Positions 42,101 through 57,100 of a DNA stretch of 64,000 nucleotides are shown here, piece after piece. Position 1 is the stretch's first letter. Each line of letters opens with the position of its first letter. The notes below the pieces were generated by a model, which was not told the origin of the DNA, did not search any database, and saw only the letters and a program-made list of their open reading frames with translations. This DNA is from Leucoraja ocellata (lineage: Eukaryota): NCBI GenBank assembly GCA_036785375.1, contig JAWMAR010000801.1:434001-498000 (forward strand). Reading direction: 5' to 3'. Position numbers and translations under genes: made by a program.

Positions 42101-45100
42101 ATGAGCAAACATTGACATCTTAACATGTATATTTGCACAATTTATGCCAATAATGTAAGCAAATATGCAAGAACTAAGTCACAAAGCTGATGTTAGCAAT
42201 GTTGGCTCATTGTCTTTGATTTGCCAATGTTTATTGAAAGTGGTTTGACTCACCTGTTGTGGAACTGGAGGTGGACTCAGTTGTACCAGTTGTCAAAGAT
42301 GTTGTTGGTGTTGTTCCTGGAGAGTAAATAGAAAAACATTTACAAATTGAATTGCAAAAGTCACCAATCAATTTCAATACGACACTGCACATTTTCCTGA
42401 GATTGGGCTGAATTTTAACAATGTTCATTGCTTGTGCCAAAGACAAAGACATTTAGAAGCAAATTTTGCTTCGTCATTTATCAATTGGACCGAAATTATG
42501 AAAAGACATTGTGATTTTTCAAGGAAAGTTCTAAACTCCTTCGTTGATCAATTTTGGAAAAATCAATGAGCAGAAACAAAACTGTTTCACAGCGTTGCCA
42601 TGACCTAAGCCTCCCGGAATAGTGGAAGAGGTGAAGGGAAGAGACCTATTCTATAAAAGTAAAAATTCTTATCCATGTCCACTGAAAGGTGCCAATCTCA
42701 ATGCTCTTTTTTAAAATTATTGCAGGCAATCAGCACCAAAAGGCCTCCTAAATTCAGTAGTTGAATCTACATTTTTGTGGTGAGAATCTACATTTTTGGA
42801 ATAAAGCAATGATCAAATGTTCCTGAAGAGGGTGCTATATAGAGCTTCACAAAACAAAGCACAGAGTCCTAAAGGAAAAGCTAACAAGTTTGATAGACGA
42901 TGTTACTAACCTGATGTAGTGCTGGTGGTGATCTCAGTTGTTGGTGTCGTTTCTAGTGAAAGAAAAGAATGCTGTATTCAAGTGGACAGACAAGAGGAAT
43001 TTGTACACAGTTCTTGAGCCATCAACAGGAATTCATGAGCTGGCACATTTTATGAAAACGTTTTACAAGTTGTCATTTTCTTCATCAGTGTATAAAGCAT
43101 GCGGCCATACTATACGGCTGCATTACTATTTCCTTGTCAATCAGCAGCTGAATATTTCAGGGCCATCACAAATAATCCTGTTCTCTCTATACACCAGTTA
43201 CAGATTTCCTGGAAGATCAACCGTTTTCCAATGACCGCAAGGTCTACTTAATACCATTATTTCTAATACCGTTGTTCGTTGATCCATTTTTGAAAAATCT
43301 TTGAGCTGAAACAAAACAGTTTAACAGCGTTGCAATGACCAAAAACTCCCGGAATAGTGGAAGAGGCGAAGGGAAGAGACCTTATCTATAAAAGTGAAAC
43401 TCCTTATCTATGTCTACTGAAAGGTGCCAGACTCAATGCTCTTTTTAAAATTTTTGTAGGCAATCAGCACTAAAAGGCCTCCTTAATTCGGTAGTTTAAT
43501 CTATATTTTCGTGGTGAGAATCTACATTTTTGGAATAAAACAATGAACAAATATTCCTGAAGAGGGTGCTATATAGAGCTTCACTAAACAAAGCACAGAG
43601 TCCTAAAGGAAAAGCTAACAAGATTGATAGAAGTTACTAACCTGATGTAGTGCGGGTTGTGGTCTCGGTTGTTGGTGTCGTTTCTAGTGAAAGAAAATAA
43701 TGGTGTATTCAAGTGGGGCAGCCAAGAGTAAATTGTACGTAGTTATACAGCCATCAACAGGTATTCATGGGCTGGCACATTTTATTAAAACCTTTTATCA
43801 GTTGTCATTTTCTTCATCATTGAATAAAACGTTTGCCATACTATACGTCTGAATTACTTTTTCCTTGTCTTTCAGAAATTGCAGCTGATCAGGCGTTTAG
43901 AAAGATTGAGTTGGCACAGATGTGCAGCTGGAAGAACTGCAGCCTCATGGTGTTAGGAGTTTGTATGCTATCCTGACCTCGCGTGCTGTCTAGGCTGGGA
44001 TTGCACGTTCTCCCTTTCACTGCCTGTGATCCCCCCAAGTTTTTAACAGAGGATGATACTGACCTGATGTAGTGGTGGTCCCAGATGTTGATGGAGTTAT
44101 TTCTAGTGAAATAAAAAAATGTTATGTTCCACCGAGACAAACAAGAGGAATTGTTATGCAGTTTAGAATCCTTCAACAAGAATTTATCAACTGCTACCTT
44201 TTAATAAAACATGTTACACTTGATATTTCCTTCATCGTAGAAAAACGTAGGAGGACATAGTATGCTGCTAAATTTATTTATCTGTCAATTAGCATATTAA
44301 TATTTCCCTGCCATCTCGAACAATCACGACACATCGATTGTGGATATCCCTGCGTATCGAAACACGTCTTCCATACACAGTATGGTCTTCTTTACGCCAT
44401 TATTACGCAGTATAGTTTCACGATTCATGCCCATAATGTGAGCGAAGATCAAAGAATGGAGCCACAGTGCTGATGTTAGAAATGTTGCCCCATTGTCTAA
44501 AGATTAGCCAATGTTTACTAAAAGTGGTTTGACTCACCTGTTGTGGAACTGGTGGTGGACTCAGTTGAGCCAGTTGTCAAAGATGTTGTTGGTGTTGTTC
44601 CTGGAGAGCAAATAGAAAAGAAATTACAGATTGAATTGCAAGAGTCAGCAATCAATTTCAGTAGGAGTCTGCACATTTTCCTAAGACTGGGATGAATGTT
44701 ATCAATGTTCATTGCTCATGCCTAAGCAAAGGACATTTAGAAATGAACCAAATTTTGCTTCATCATTTATCAAATGGAACGAAATCATGAAAATAAATTG
44801 TGATTTCTTGAAGAAAGTTCTGAACTCCTTCGTTGATCCATTTTGGAAAATCATGGAGCAGAAACAAAATTGTTTAATAACGTTTTCATGACCAAAAACT
44901 CCCAGAATAGTGGAAGAGGGGAAGGGAAGAAACTTTTCTACCAAAGTGAAAATCCTTGTCAATCAGCAGCTGAATATTTCAGGGCCATCACAAACAATTT
45001 CAATTTCTTAATGTACCAACTTCAGATTTTGTGGAAGCTCAGCAAGTATTCTAAGAACTACTGATCAGAAATTTAGAACATAAGGAGCGGTAAAGTGCCA

Positions 45101-48100
45101 CAGCTGGGGCAACTCCTACCTCACAGCACCAGAGACTTCAGATTGATTTGTTCCGTGGGTGTTGTGTCCATGGAGATTACATGTACTTGCTGTTATGTGT
45201 GCCTTTCCTACAAGTGTCTGAAATATATTGTCACTAACCTGATGTAGTACTGGTAGTGGTCTCAGTTGTTGATGTAGTTGTTGGTGTTTCTAGTGAAAGA
45301 AAATAATGCAATATTCAACCAAGACAGCAAGGTGGAATTGGTATACAGCTAACTATTGATAGTCAGGAAACAATCAGCAGGAATTCATATGCTGGCACAC
45401 TTAATTAAAATGTTTATCAGATGGCATTTTGATTCTTCATTGAATAAAATGGCAGGGCAAAATATACTTTTGATCAATCAGCGGCTGAATATTTCTGTGC
45501 CATCACAAATAATCCCGTTCTCTCTATACACCAGTTGCAGATTTCCTGGAAGATCAACCGTTTTCCAATGACCGCAATGTCTACTTAATACCATAATTTT
45601 GAATAGTATGCAATGCGTGTACTATTGGTAAGCATGTCTGTTTATATGTCCCATTGATACATGATCCTCAACTTGCGTAAAATGTGTTAATTCGAATCAT
45701 AGTTTTGTTTTTTTGCTACGGAATGTCCGAAGAAATTGAGAAGCAGAAAACACCAACTTATATCCTCCACAAATCCGAACTATTTTGAAATTGTGCAATA
45801 ATGTGGTCAAATTGTTATGAGCCAAACATTGACATCTTAACATGTATATTTGCACAATTTATGCCAATAATGTAAGCAAATATGCAAGAAGTAAGTCACA
45901 AAGCTGATGTTAGCAATGTTGGCTCATTGTCTTTGATTTGCCAATGTTTATTGAAAGTGGGTTACACAAAAAAGCTGGAGAAACTCAGCGGGTGCAGCAG
46001 CATCTATGGAGCGAAGGAGATAGGCAACGTTTCGGGCCGAAACCCTATTAAAGAAAGTGGTTTGACTCACCTGTTGTGGAACTGGAGGTGGACTCAGTTG
46101 TACCAGTTGTCAAAGATGTTGTTGGTGTTGTTCCTGGAGAGCAAATAGAAAAGCATTTACAAATTAAATTGCAAGAGTCACCAATCAATTTCAGTACGAC
46201 ACTAGACATTTTGCTGAGACTGGGCTGAATTTTAACAATGTTCATTGCTCATGCCTAAGCAAAGGACATTTAGAAATGAACCAAATTTTGCTTCATCATT
46301 TATCAAATGGAACGAAATCATGAAAAGACATTGTGATTTCTTGGAGAAAGCTCTGAACTCCTTCGTTGATCCATTTTGGAAAGTCATGGAGCAGAAACAA
46401 AATTGTTTAATAACGTTTTCATGACCAAAAACTCCCAGAATAGTGGAAGAGGGGAAGGGAAGAAACTTTTCTACCAAAGTGAAAATCCTTGTCAATCAGC
46501 AGCTGAATATTTCAGGGCCATCACAAACAATTTCAATTTCTTAATGTACCAACTTCAGATTTTGTGGAAGCTCAGCAGGTATTCTAAGAACTACTGATCA
46601 GAAATTTAGAACATAAGGAGCGGTAAAGTGCCACAGCTGGTGCAACTCCTACCTCACAGCACCAGAGACTTCAGATTGATTTGTTCCGTGGGTATTGTGT
46701 GCATGGAGATTACATGTACTCCCTGTTATGTGTGCCTTTCCTACAAGTGTCTGAAATATATTGTCACTAACCTGATGTAGTACTGGTAGTGTTCTCAGTT
46801 GTTGATGTAGTTGTTGTTGTTACTACTGAAAGAAAATAATGCAATATTCAACCAAGACAGACAAGAGGTATTGATATACAGCTAACTGCTGGTAGTCAGG
46901 AAACCATCAGCAGGAATTCATATGTTAGCACCTTTCTTAAAACGTTTAACAGAGAGCATTTTTGTCCTTCGTAGAAAAATTGGCCGGGCAAAATATACTT
47001 TTGATCAATCAGCTGCTGAATATTTCTGTGCCATAACAAATAAACCTGTTCTCTCTACACACCATTTGCGGATTTCCTGGTAGATCCACCGTCTACCAAA
47101 GACCGCAAGGTCTACTTAATAACATAATTTCTAATAGTATGGAATGTGTGCACTATGGGTAAGCATGTCTGTTCATATGTCCCATTGATACATGATCCTC
47201 AACTTGCGTAAAATGTGTTCATTATAATCATGGTTTTGTTTTTTGCTACGGAATGCCCAAAGAAAATGAGAAGCAGAAAACACCAACTCATTTCCTTCAC
47301 AAATCCGGACTATATTGAAATTGTGTCATAATTTGGTCAAATTGTTATGAGCAAACATTGACATCTTAACATGTATATTTGCACAATTTATGCCAATAAT
47401 GTAAGCAAGTATGCAAGAAGTAAGTCACAAAGCTGATGTTAGCAATGTTGGCTCATTGTCTTTGATTTGCCAATGTTTATTGAAAGTGGTTTGACTCACC
47501 TGTTGTGGAACTGGAGGTGGACTCAGTTGTACCAGTTGTCAAAGATGTTGTTGGTGTTGTTCCTGGAGAGTAAATAGAAAAACATTTACAAATTGAATTG
47601 CAAAAGTCACCAATCAATTTGAATACGACACTGCACATTTTCCTGAGATTGGGCTGAATTTTAACAATGTTCATTGCTTGTGCCAAAGACAAAGACATTT
47701 AGAAGCAAATTTTGCTTCGTCATTTATCAATTGGACCGAAATTATGAAAAGACATTGTGATTTTTCAAGGAAAGTTCTAAACTCCTTCGTTGATCAATTT
47801 TGGAAAAATCAATGAGCAGAAACAAAACTGTTTCACAGCGTTGCCATGACCTAAGCCTCCCGGAATAGTGGAAGAGGTGAAGGGAAGAGACCTATTCTAT
47901 AAAAGTAAAAATTCTTATCCATGTCCACTGAAAGGTGCCAGTCTCAATGCTCTTTTTTAAAATTATTGCAGGCAATCAGCACCAAAAGGCCTCCTTAATT
48001 CAGTAGTTGAATCTACATTTTTGTGGTGAGAATCTACATTTTTGGAATAAAGCAATGATCAAATGTTCCTGAAGAGGGTGCTATATAGAGCTTCACAAAA

Positions 48101-51100
48101 CAAAGCACAGAGTCCTAAAGGAAAAGCTAACAAGATTGATAGATGTTACTAACCTGATGTAGTGCTGGTTGTGGTCTCGGTTGTTGGTGTCGTTTCTAGT
48201 GAAAGAAAATAATGTTGTATTCAAGTGGACAGACAAGAGGAATTGTACGTAGTTATACAGCCATCAACAGGTATTCATGGGCTGGCACATTTTATTAAAA
48301 CCTTTTATCAGTTGTCATTTTCTTCATCAATGAATAAAACGGTTTAGAATCCTTCAACAAGAATTTAACAACTGGCACCTTTTAATAAAACATGTTACAC
48401 TTGATATTTCCTTCATCGTAGAAAAACGTAGGAGGACATAATATGCTGCTAAATTTATTTATCTCTGTCAATTAGCATATTAATATTTCCCTGCCATCTC
48501 GAACAATCACGACACATCAATTGCGGATATCCCTGCGTATCGAAACACGTCTTCCATACACTGTATGGTCTTCTTTACGCCATTATTACTAGCAGTACAG
48601 TTTCACGATTCATGCCCATAATGTGAGCGAAGATAAAAGAATGGAGCCACAGTGCTGATGTTAGAAATGTTGCCCCATTGTCTAAAGATTAGCCAATGTT
48701 TACTAAAAGTGGTTTGACTCACCTGTTGTGGAACTGGTGGTGGACTCAGTTGAGCCAGTTGTCAAAGATGTTGTTGGTGTTGTTCCTGGAGAGCAAATTG
48801 AAAAAAAAATTACAGATTGAATTGCAAGAGTCAGCAATCAATTTCAGTAGGACTCTGCACATTTCCCTGAGACTGGGATGAATGTTATCAATGTTCATTG
48901 CTCATGCCTAAGCAAAGGACATTTAGAAATGAACCAAATTTTGCTTCATCATTTATCAAATGGAACGAAATCATGAAAAGACATTGTGATTTCTTGGAGA
49001 AAGTTCTGAACTCCTTCGTTGATCCATTTTGGAAAACATGGAGCAGAAACAAAATTGTTTAATAACGTTTTCATGACCAAAAACTCCCAGAATAGTGGAA
49101 GAGGGGAAGGGAAGAAACTTTTCTACCAAAGTGAAAATCCTTGTCAATCAGCAGCTGAATATTTCAGGGCCATCACAAACAATTTCAATTTCTTAATGTA
49201 CCAACTTCAGATTTTGTGGAAGCTCAGCAAGTATTCTAAGAACTACTGATCAGAAATTTAGAACATATGGAGCGGTAAAGTGCCACAGCTGGTGCAACTC
49301 CTACCTCACAGCACCAGAGACTTCAGATTGATTTGTTCCGTGGGTGTTGTGTGCATGGAGATTACATGTACTTGCTGTTATGTGTGCCTTTCCTACAAGT
49401 GTCTGAAATATATTGTCACTAACCTGATGTAGTACTGGTAGTGGTCTCAGTTGTTGATGTAGTTGTTGGTGTTTCTAGTGAAAGAAAATAACGCAATATT
49501 CAACCAAGACAGCCAAGAGGAATTGGTATACAGCTAAGGATTGGTAGTCAGGAAACCATCAACAGGAATTCATATGCTGGCACACTAAATTAAAATGTTT
49601 ATCAGATGGCATTTTCATTCTTCATTGAATAAATTGGCAGGGCAAAATATACTTTTGATCAATCAGCGGCTGAATATTTCTGTGCCATCACAAATAATCC
49701 TGTTCTGTCTATACACCAGTTGCAGATTTCCTGGAAGATCAACCGTTTTCCAATGACCGCAATGTCTACTTAATACCATAATTTTGAATAGTATGTAATG
49801 TGTGTACTATGGGTAAGCATGTCTGTTTATATGTCCCATTGATACATGATCCTCAACTTGCGTAAAATGTGTTCATTCGAATCATAGTTTTGTATTTTGC
49901 TACGGAATGTCCGAAGAAAATGAGAAGCAGAAAACACCAACTCATTTCCTTCACAAATCCGAACTATTTAGAAATTGTGCAATAATGTGGTCAAATTGTT
50001 ATGAGCCAAACATTGACATCTTAACATGTATATTTGCACAATTTATGCCAATAATGTAAGCAAATATGCAAGAAGTAAGTCACAAAGCTGATGTTAGCAA
50101 TGTTGGCTCATTGTCTTTGATTTGCCAATGTTTATTGAAAGTGGTTTGACTCACCTGTTGTGGAACTGGAGGTGGACTCAGTTGTACCAGTTGTCAAAGA
50201 TGTTGTTGGTGTTGTTCCTGGAGAGCAAATAGAAAAGCATTTACAAATTAAATTGCAAGAGTCACCAATCAATTTCAGTACGACACTAGACATTTTGCTG
50301 AGACTGGGCTGAATTTTAACAATGTTCATTGCTCATGCCTAAGCAAAGGACATTTAGAAATGAACCAAATTTTGCTTCATCATTTATCAAATGGAACGAA
50401 ATCATGAAAAGACATTGTGATTTCTTGGAGAAAGCTCTAAACTCCTTCGTTGATCCATTTTGGAAAATCATGGAGCAGAAACAAAATTGTTTAATAACGT
50501 TTAAATACTTTTTCCTTGTCAATCAGCAGCTGAATATTTCAGGGCCATCACTTTCAATTTCTTAATGTACCAATTTCAGATTTTGTGGAAGCTCAGCAAG
50601 TATTCTAAGAACTACTGATCAGAAATTTAGAACATAAGGAGAGGTAAAGTGCCACAGCTGGGGCAACTCCTACCTCACAGCACCAGAGACTTCAGATTGA
50701 TTTGTTCCGTGGGTGTTGTGTGCATGGAGATTACATGTACTCGCTGTTATGTGTGCCTTTCCTACAAGTGTCTGAAATATATTGTCACTAACCTGATGTA
50801 ATACTGGTAGTGGTCTCAGTTGTTGATGTAGTTGTTGGTGTTTCTAGTGAAAGAAAATAACGCAATATTCAACCAAGACAGCCAAGAGGAATTGGTATAC
50901 AGCTAAGGATTGGTAGTCAGGAAACCATCAGCAGGAATTCATATGCTGGCACACTTAATTAAAATGTTTAACAGATGGTATTTTTGTTCTTCGTAGAATA
51001 AAATGGCTGGGCAAAATATACTTTTCATTAATCAGCAACTGAATAACTCGGTGCCATCACAAATAATCCTGTTCTATCTATACACCCGTTGCGAATTTGC

Positions 51101-54100
51101 TGGAACATCAACCGTTTTCCAATGACCGCAAGGTCTACTTAATACCATTATTTCTAATATCGTTATTTGTTGATCCATTTTTGAAAAATCTTTGAGGTGA
51201 AACAAAACAGTTTAACAGCTTTGCAATGACCAAAAACTCCCGGAATAGTGGAAGAGGCGAAGGGAAGAGACCTTATCTATAAAAGTGAAAATCCTTATCT
51301 ATGTCTACTGAAATGTGCTAGACTCAACGCTCTTTTTAAAATTTATGCAGGCAATCAGCACTAAAAGGACGCCTTAATTCGGTAGTTTAATCTATATTTT
51401 CGTGGTGAGAATCTACATTTTTGGAATAAACCAATGAACAAATATTCCTGAAGAGGGTGCTATATAGAGCTTCACTAAACAAAGCACAGAGTCCTAAAGG
51501 AAAAGCTAACAAGATTGATAGATGTTACTAACCTGATGTAGTGCTGGTTGTGGTCTCGGTTGTTGGTGTCGTTTCTAGTGAAAGAAAATAATGTTGTATT
51601 CAAGTGGGGCAGCCAAGAGTAAATTGTACGTAGTTATACAGCCATCAACAGGTATTCATGGGCTGGCATATTTTATTAAAACCTTTTATCAGTTGTCATT
51701 TTCTTCATCATTGAATAAAACGTTTGCCATACTATACGTCTGAATTACTTTTTCCTTGTCTTTCAGAAATTGCAGCTGATCAGGCGTTTAGAAAGATTGA
51801 GTTGGCACAGATGTGCAGCTGGAAGAGCTGCAGCCTCATAGTGTTAGGGATTTGTATTCTATCCTGACCTCGGGTGCTGTCTAGGCTGTAATTGCACGTT
51901 CTCCCTTTCTCTGCCTGATTCCCCCCAAGTTTTTAACAGAGGATGATACTGACCTGATGTAGTGGTGGTCCCAGATGTTGATGGAGTTATTTCTAGTGAA
52001 ATAAAAAAAATGGTATGTTCCACCGAGACAAACAAGAGGAATTGTTATGCAGTTTAGAATCCTTCAACAAGAATTTATCAACTGGCACCTTTTAATAAAA
52101 CATGTTACACTTGATATTTCCTTCATCGTAGAAAAATGTAGGAGGACAAAGTGTGCTGTTAAATTTATTTATCTCTGTCAATTAGCATATTAATATTTCC
52201 CTGCCATCTCGAACAATCATGCCACATCGATTGCGGATATCCCTGCGTATCAAAACACGTCTTCCATACACTGTATGGTCTTCTTTACGCCATTATTACT
52301 AGCAGTATAGTTGCACGATTCATGCCCATAATGTGAGCGAAGATAAAAGAATGGAGCCACAGTGCTGATGTTAGAAATGTTGCCCCATTGTCTAAAGATT
52401 AGCCAATGTTTACTAAAAGTGGTTTGACTCACCTGTTGTGGAACTGGTGGTGGACTCAGTTGAGCCAGTTGTCAAAGATGTTGTTGGTGTTGTTCCTGGA
52501 GAGCAAATAGAAAAGAAATTACAGATTGAATTGCAAGAGTCAGCAATCAATTTCAGTAGGAGTCTGCACATTTTCCTGAGACTGGGATGAATGTTATCAA
52601 TGTTCATTGCTCATGCCTAAGCAAAGGACATTTAGAAATGAACCAAATTTTGCTTCATCATTTATCAAATGGAACGAAATCATGAAAAGACATTGTGATT
52701 TCTTGAAGAAAGTTCTGAACTCCTTCGTTGATCCATTTTGGAAAATCATGGAGCAGAAACAAAATTGTTTAATAACGTTTTCATGACCAAAAACTCCCAG
52801 AATAGTGGAAGAGGGGAAGGGAAGAAACTTTTCTACCAAAGTGAAAATCCTTGTCAAACAGCAGCTGAATATTTCAGGGCCATCACAAACAATTTCAATT
52901 TCTTAATGTACCAACTTCAGATTTTGTGGAAGCTCAGCAAGTATTCTAAGAACTACTGATCAGAAATTTAGAACATAAGGAGCGGTAAAGTGCCACAGCT
53001 GGGGCAACTCCTACCTCACAGCACCAGAGACTTCAGATTGATTTGTTCCGTGGGTGTTGTGTGCATGGAGATTACATGTACTCGCTGTTATGTGTGCCTT
53101 TCCTACAAGTGTCTGAAATATATTGTCACTAACCTGATGTAGTACTGGTAGTGGTCTCAGTTGTTGATGTAGTTGTTGGTGTTTCTAGTGAAAGAAAATA
53201 ATGCAATATTCAACCAAGACAGCAAGGTGGAATTGGTATACAGCTAACTATTGATAGTCAGGAAACAATCAGCAGGAATTCATATGCTGGCACACTTAAT
53301 TAAAATGTTTATCAGATGGCATTTTGATTCTTCATTGAATAAAATGGCAGGGCAAAATATACTTTTGATCAATCAGCGGCTGAATATTTCTGTGCCATCA
53401 CAAATAATCCTGTTCTCTCTATACACCAGTTGCAGATTTCCTGGAAGATCAACCGTTTTCCAATGACCGCAATGTCTACTTAATACCATAATTGTGAATA
53501 GTATGCAATGTGTGTACTATTGGTAAGCATGTCTGTTTATATGTCCCATTGATACATGATCCTCAACTTGCGTAAAATGTGTTCATTCGAATCATAGTTT
53601 TGTTTTTTGCTACGGAATGTCCGAAGAAATTGAGAAGCAGAAAACACCAACTTATAACCTCCACAAATCTGAACTATTTTGAAATTGTGCAATAATGTGG
53701 TCAAATTGTTATGAGCCAAACATTGACATCTTAACATGTATATTTGCACAATTTATGCCAATAATATAAGCAAATATGCAAGAAGTAAGTCACAAAGCTG
53801 ATGTTGTCTCATTGTCTTTGATTTGCCAATGTTTATTGAAAGTGGTTTGACTCGCCTGTTGGGGAACTGGAGGTGGACTCAGTTGTACCAGTTGTCAAAG
53901 ATGTTGTTGGTGTTGTTCCTGGAGAGCAAATAGAAAAGCATTTCAAATTAAATTGCAAGAGTCACCAATCAATTTCAGTACGACACTGCACATTTTGCTG
54001 AGACTGGGCTGAATTTTAACAATGTTCATTGCTCGTGCCTAAGCAAAGGACATTTAGAAGTTAACCAAATTTTGCTTCGTCATTTATCAATTGGACCGAA

Positions 54101-57100
54101 ATTATGAAAAGTCATTGTGATTTTTTAAAGAAAGATCTAAACTCCTTCATTGATCCATTTTGGAAAAATCGTTGATCAGAAACAAATCTGTTTCACAGCA
54201 TTGCCATGACCAAAAACTCCCGGAATAGTGGGAGTGGCGAAGGGAAGAGACTATTTCTATAAAAGTGAAAATTCTTATCCATGTCTACTGAAACGTTCCA
54301 GCCTGAATGCTCTTTTAAAAATTATAGTGGTCTTCCAGCTCCAAAGGGCCTCCTTAATTTGGCAGTAGCTTCTAAATTTACGTGGTGAGAAACTACATTT
54401 TTGGAATAAAGCAATGAACAAATGTTCCTGAAGAGGGTGCTATATAGAGCTTCACTAAACAAAGCACAGAGTCCAAAAGTAAAATCTAACAAGAATGATA
54501 GATGATGTTACTAACCTGAAGTAGTGCTGGTGGTGGTCTCAGTTGTTGATGTCGTTTCTAGTGAAAGAAAATAATGCTGTATTCAAGTGGGGCAGCCAAG
54601 AGGAATTGTTACACAGTTATAAAGCCATCAACAGGAATTCATGGGCTGGCACATTTTATGAAAATGTTTTACGATATAGATTGGTTACTTCTTACAAATG
54701 TAAGCGAAGATAAACTGCTCAGCAAAAACAGACTGTGTCCCTCGCGCCCTCTCCAAGGAGTTCAGCGCCCAGCTCGCCTATTTCACCACCTCCACTAGGT
54801 GGGTCTCCGGTGCCGTCCCCGGCCACTTCCCCGTCACTTCACTGATGAATTGAATAAGGAGTGAGGCCGTACTATACGGCTGCATTACTATTTCCTGGTC
54901 AATCAGCAGCTGAATATTTCAGGCCATCACAAACATTTTCAATTTCTTAATGTACCAAGTTCAGATTTTGTGGAAGCTCAGCAAGTATTCTAAGAACTAC
55001 TGATCAGAACATTAGAACATAAGGAGCGGTAAAGTGCCACAGCTGGTGCAACTCTTTCCTCAAAGCACCAGAGACTTCAGATTGATTTATTCCATGGGTG
55101 TTGTGTGCATGGAGATTATATGTACCTGTTATGTGTGCCTTTCCTACAATTATCTGAAATATATTGTCACTAACCTGATGTAGTACTGGTAGTGGTCTCA
55201 GTTGTTGATGTAGTTGTTGGTGTTAATACTGAATGAAAATAATGCAATATTCAACCAAGACAGACAAGAGGTATTGATATACAGCTAACTGCTGGTAGTC
55301 AGGAAACCATCAGCAGGAATTCATATGCTAGCACCTTTATTAAAATGTTTAACAGAGAGCATTTTTTTCCTTCGTAGAAAAATTGGCCGGGCAATATATA
55401 CTTTTGATCAATCAGCTGCTGAATATTTCTGTGCCATAACAAATAAACCTGTTCTCTCTACACACCATTTGCGGATTTCCTGGTAGATCCACCGTCTACC
55501 AAAGACCGCAAGGTCTACTTAATACCATAATTTCTAATAGTATGGAATGTGTGCACTATGGGTAAGCATGTCTGTTCATATGTCCCATTGATACATGATC
55601 CTCAACTTGCGTAAAATGTGTTCATTATAATCATGGTTTTGTTTTTTGCTACGGAATGCCCAAAGAAAATGAGAAGCAGAAAACACCAACTAATTTCCTT
55701 TACAAATCCGGACTATATTGAAATTGTGTCATAATTTGGTCAAATTGTTATGAGCCAAATATTGACATCTTAACATGTATATTTGCACAATTTATGCCAA
55801 TAATGTAAGCAAATATGCAAGAACTAAGTCACAAAGCTGATGTTAGCAATGTTGGCTCATTGTCTTTGATTTGCCAATGTTTATTGAAAGTGGTTTGACT
55901 CACCTGTTGTGGAACTGGAGGTGGACTCAGTTGTACCAGTTGTCAAAGATGTTGTTGGTGTTGTTCCTGGAGAGTAAATAGAAAAACATTTACAAATTGA
56001 ATTGCAAAAGTCACCAATCAATTTCAATACGACACTGCACATTTTCCTGAGATTGGGCTGAATTTTAACAATGTTCATTGCTTGTGCCAAAGACAAAGAC
56101 ATTTAGAAGCAAATTTTGCTTCGTCATTTATCAATTGGACTGAAATTATGAAAAGACATTGTGATTTTTCAAGGAAAGTTCTAAACTCCTTCGTTGATCA
56201 ATTTTGGAAAAATCAATGAGCAGAAACAAAACTGTTTCACAGCGTTGCCATGACCTAAGCCTCCCGGAATAGTGGAAGAGGTGAAGGGAAGAGACCTATT
56301 CTATAAAAGTAAAAATCCTTATCCATGTCCACTGAAAGGTGCCAGTCTCAATGCTCTTTTTTAAAATTATTGCAGGCAATCAGCACCAAAAGGCCTCCTT
56401 AATTCAGTAGTTGAATCTACATTTTTGTGGTGAGAATCTACATTTTTGGAATAAAGCAATGATCAAATGTTCCTGAAGAGGGTGCTATATAGAGCTTCAC
56501 AAATCAAAGCACAGAGTCCTAAAGGAAAAGCTAACAAGATTGATAGACGATGTTACTAACCTGATGTAGTGCTGGTGGTGATCTCAGTTGTTGGTGTCGT
56601 TTCTAGTGAAAGAAAAGAATGCTGTATTCAAGTGGACAGACAAGAGGAATTTGTACACAGTTCTTGAGCCATCAACAGAAATTCATGAGCTGGCACATTT
56701 TATGAAAACGTTTTACTAGTTGTCATTTTCTTCATCAGTGTATAAAGCATGCGGCCATACTATACGGCTGCATTACTATTTCCTTGTCAATCAGCAGCTG
56801 AATATTTCAGGGCCATCACAAATAATCCTGTTCTCTCTATACACCAGTTACAGATTTCCTGGAAGATCAACCGTTTTCCAATCATCAACAGGTATTCATG
56901 GACTGGCACATTTTATTAAAACCTTTTATCAGTTGTCATTTTCTTCATCATTGAATAAAACGTTTGCCATTCTATACGTCTGATTTACTTTTTCCTTGTC
57001 TTTCAGAAATTGCAGCTGATCAGGCGTTTAGAAAGATTGAGTTGGCACAGATGTGCAGCTGGAAGAACTGCAGCCTCATGGTGTTAGGGATTTGTATTCT

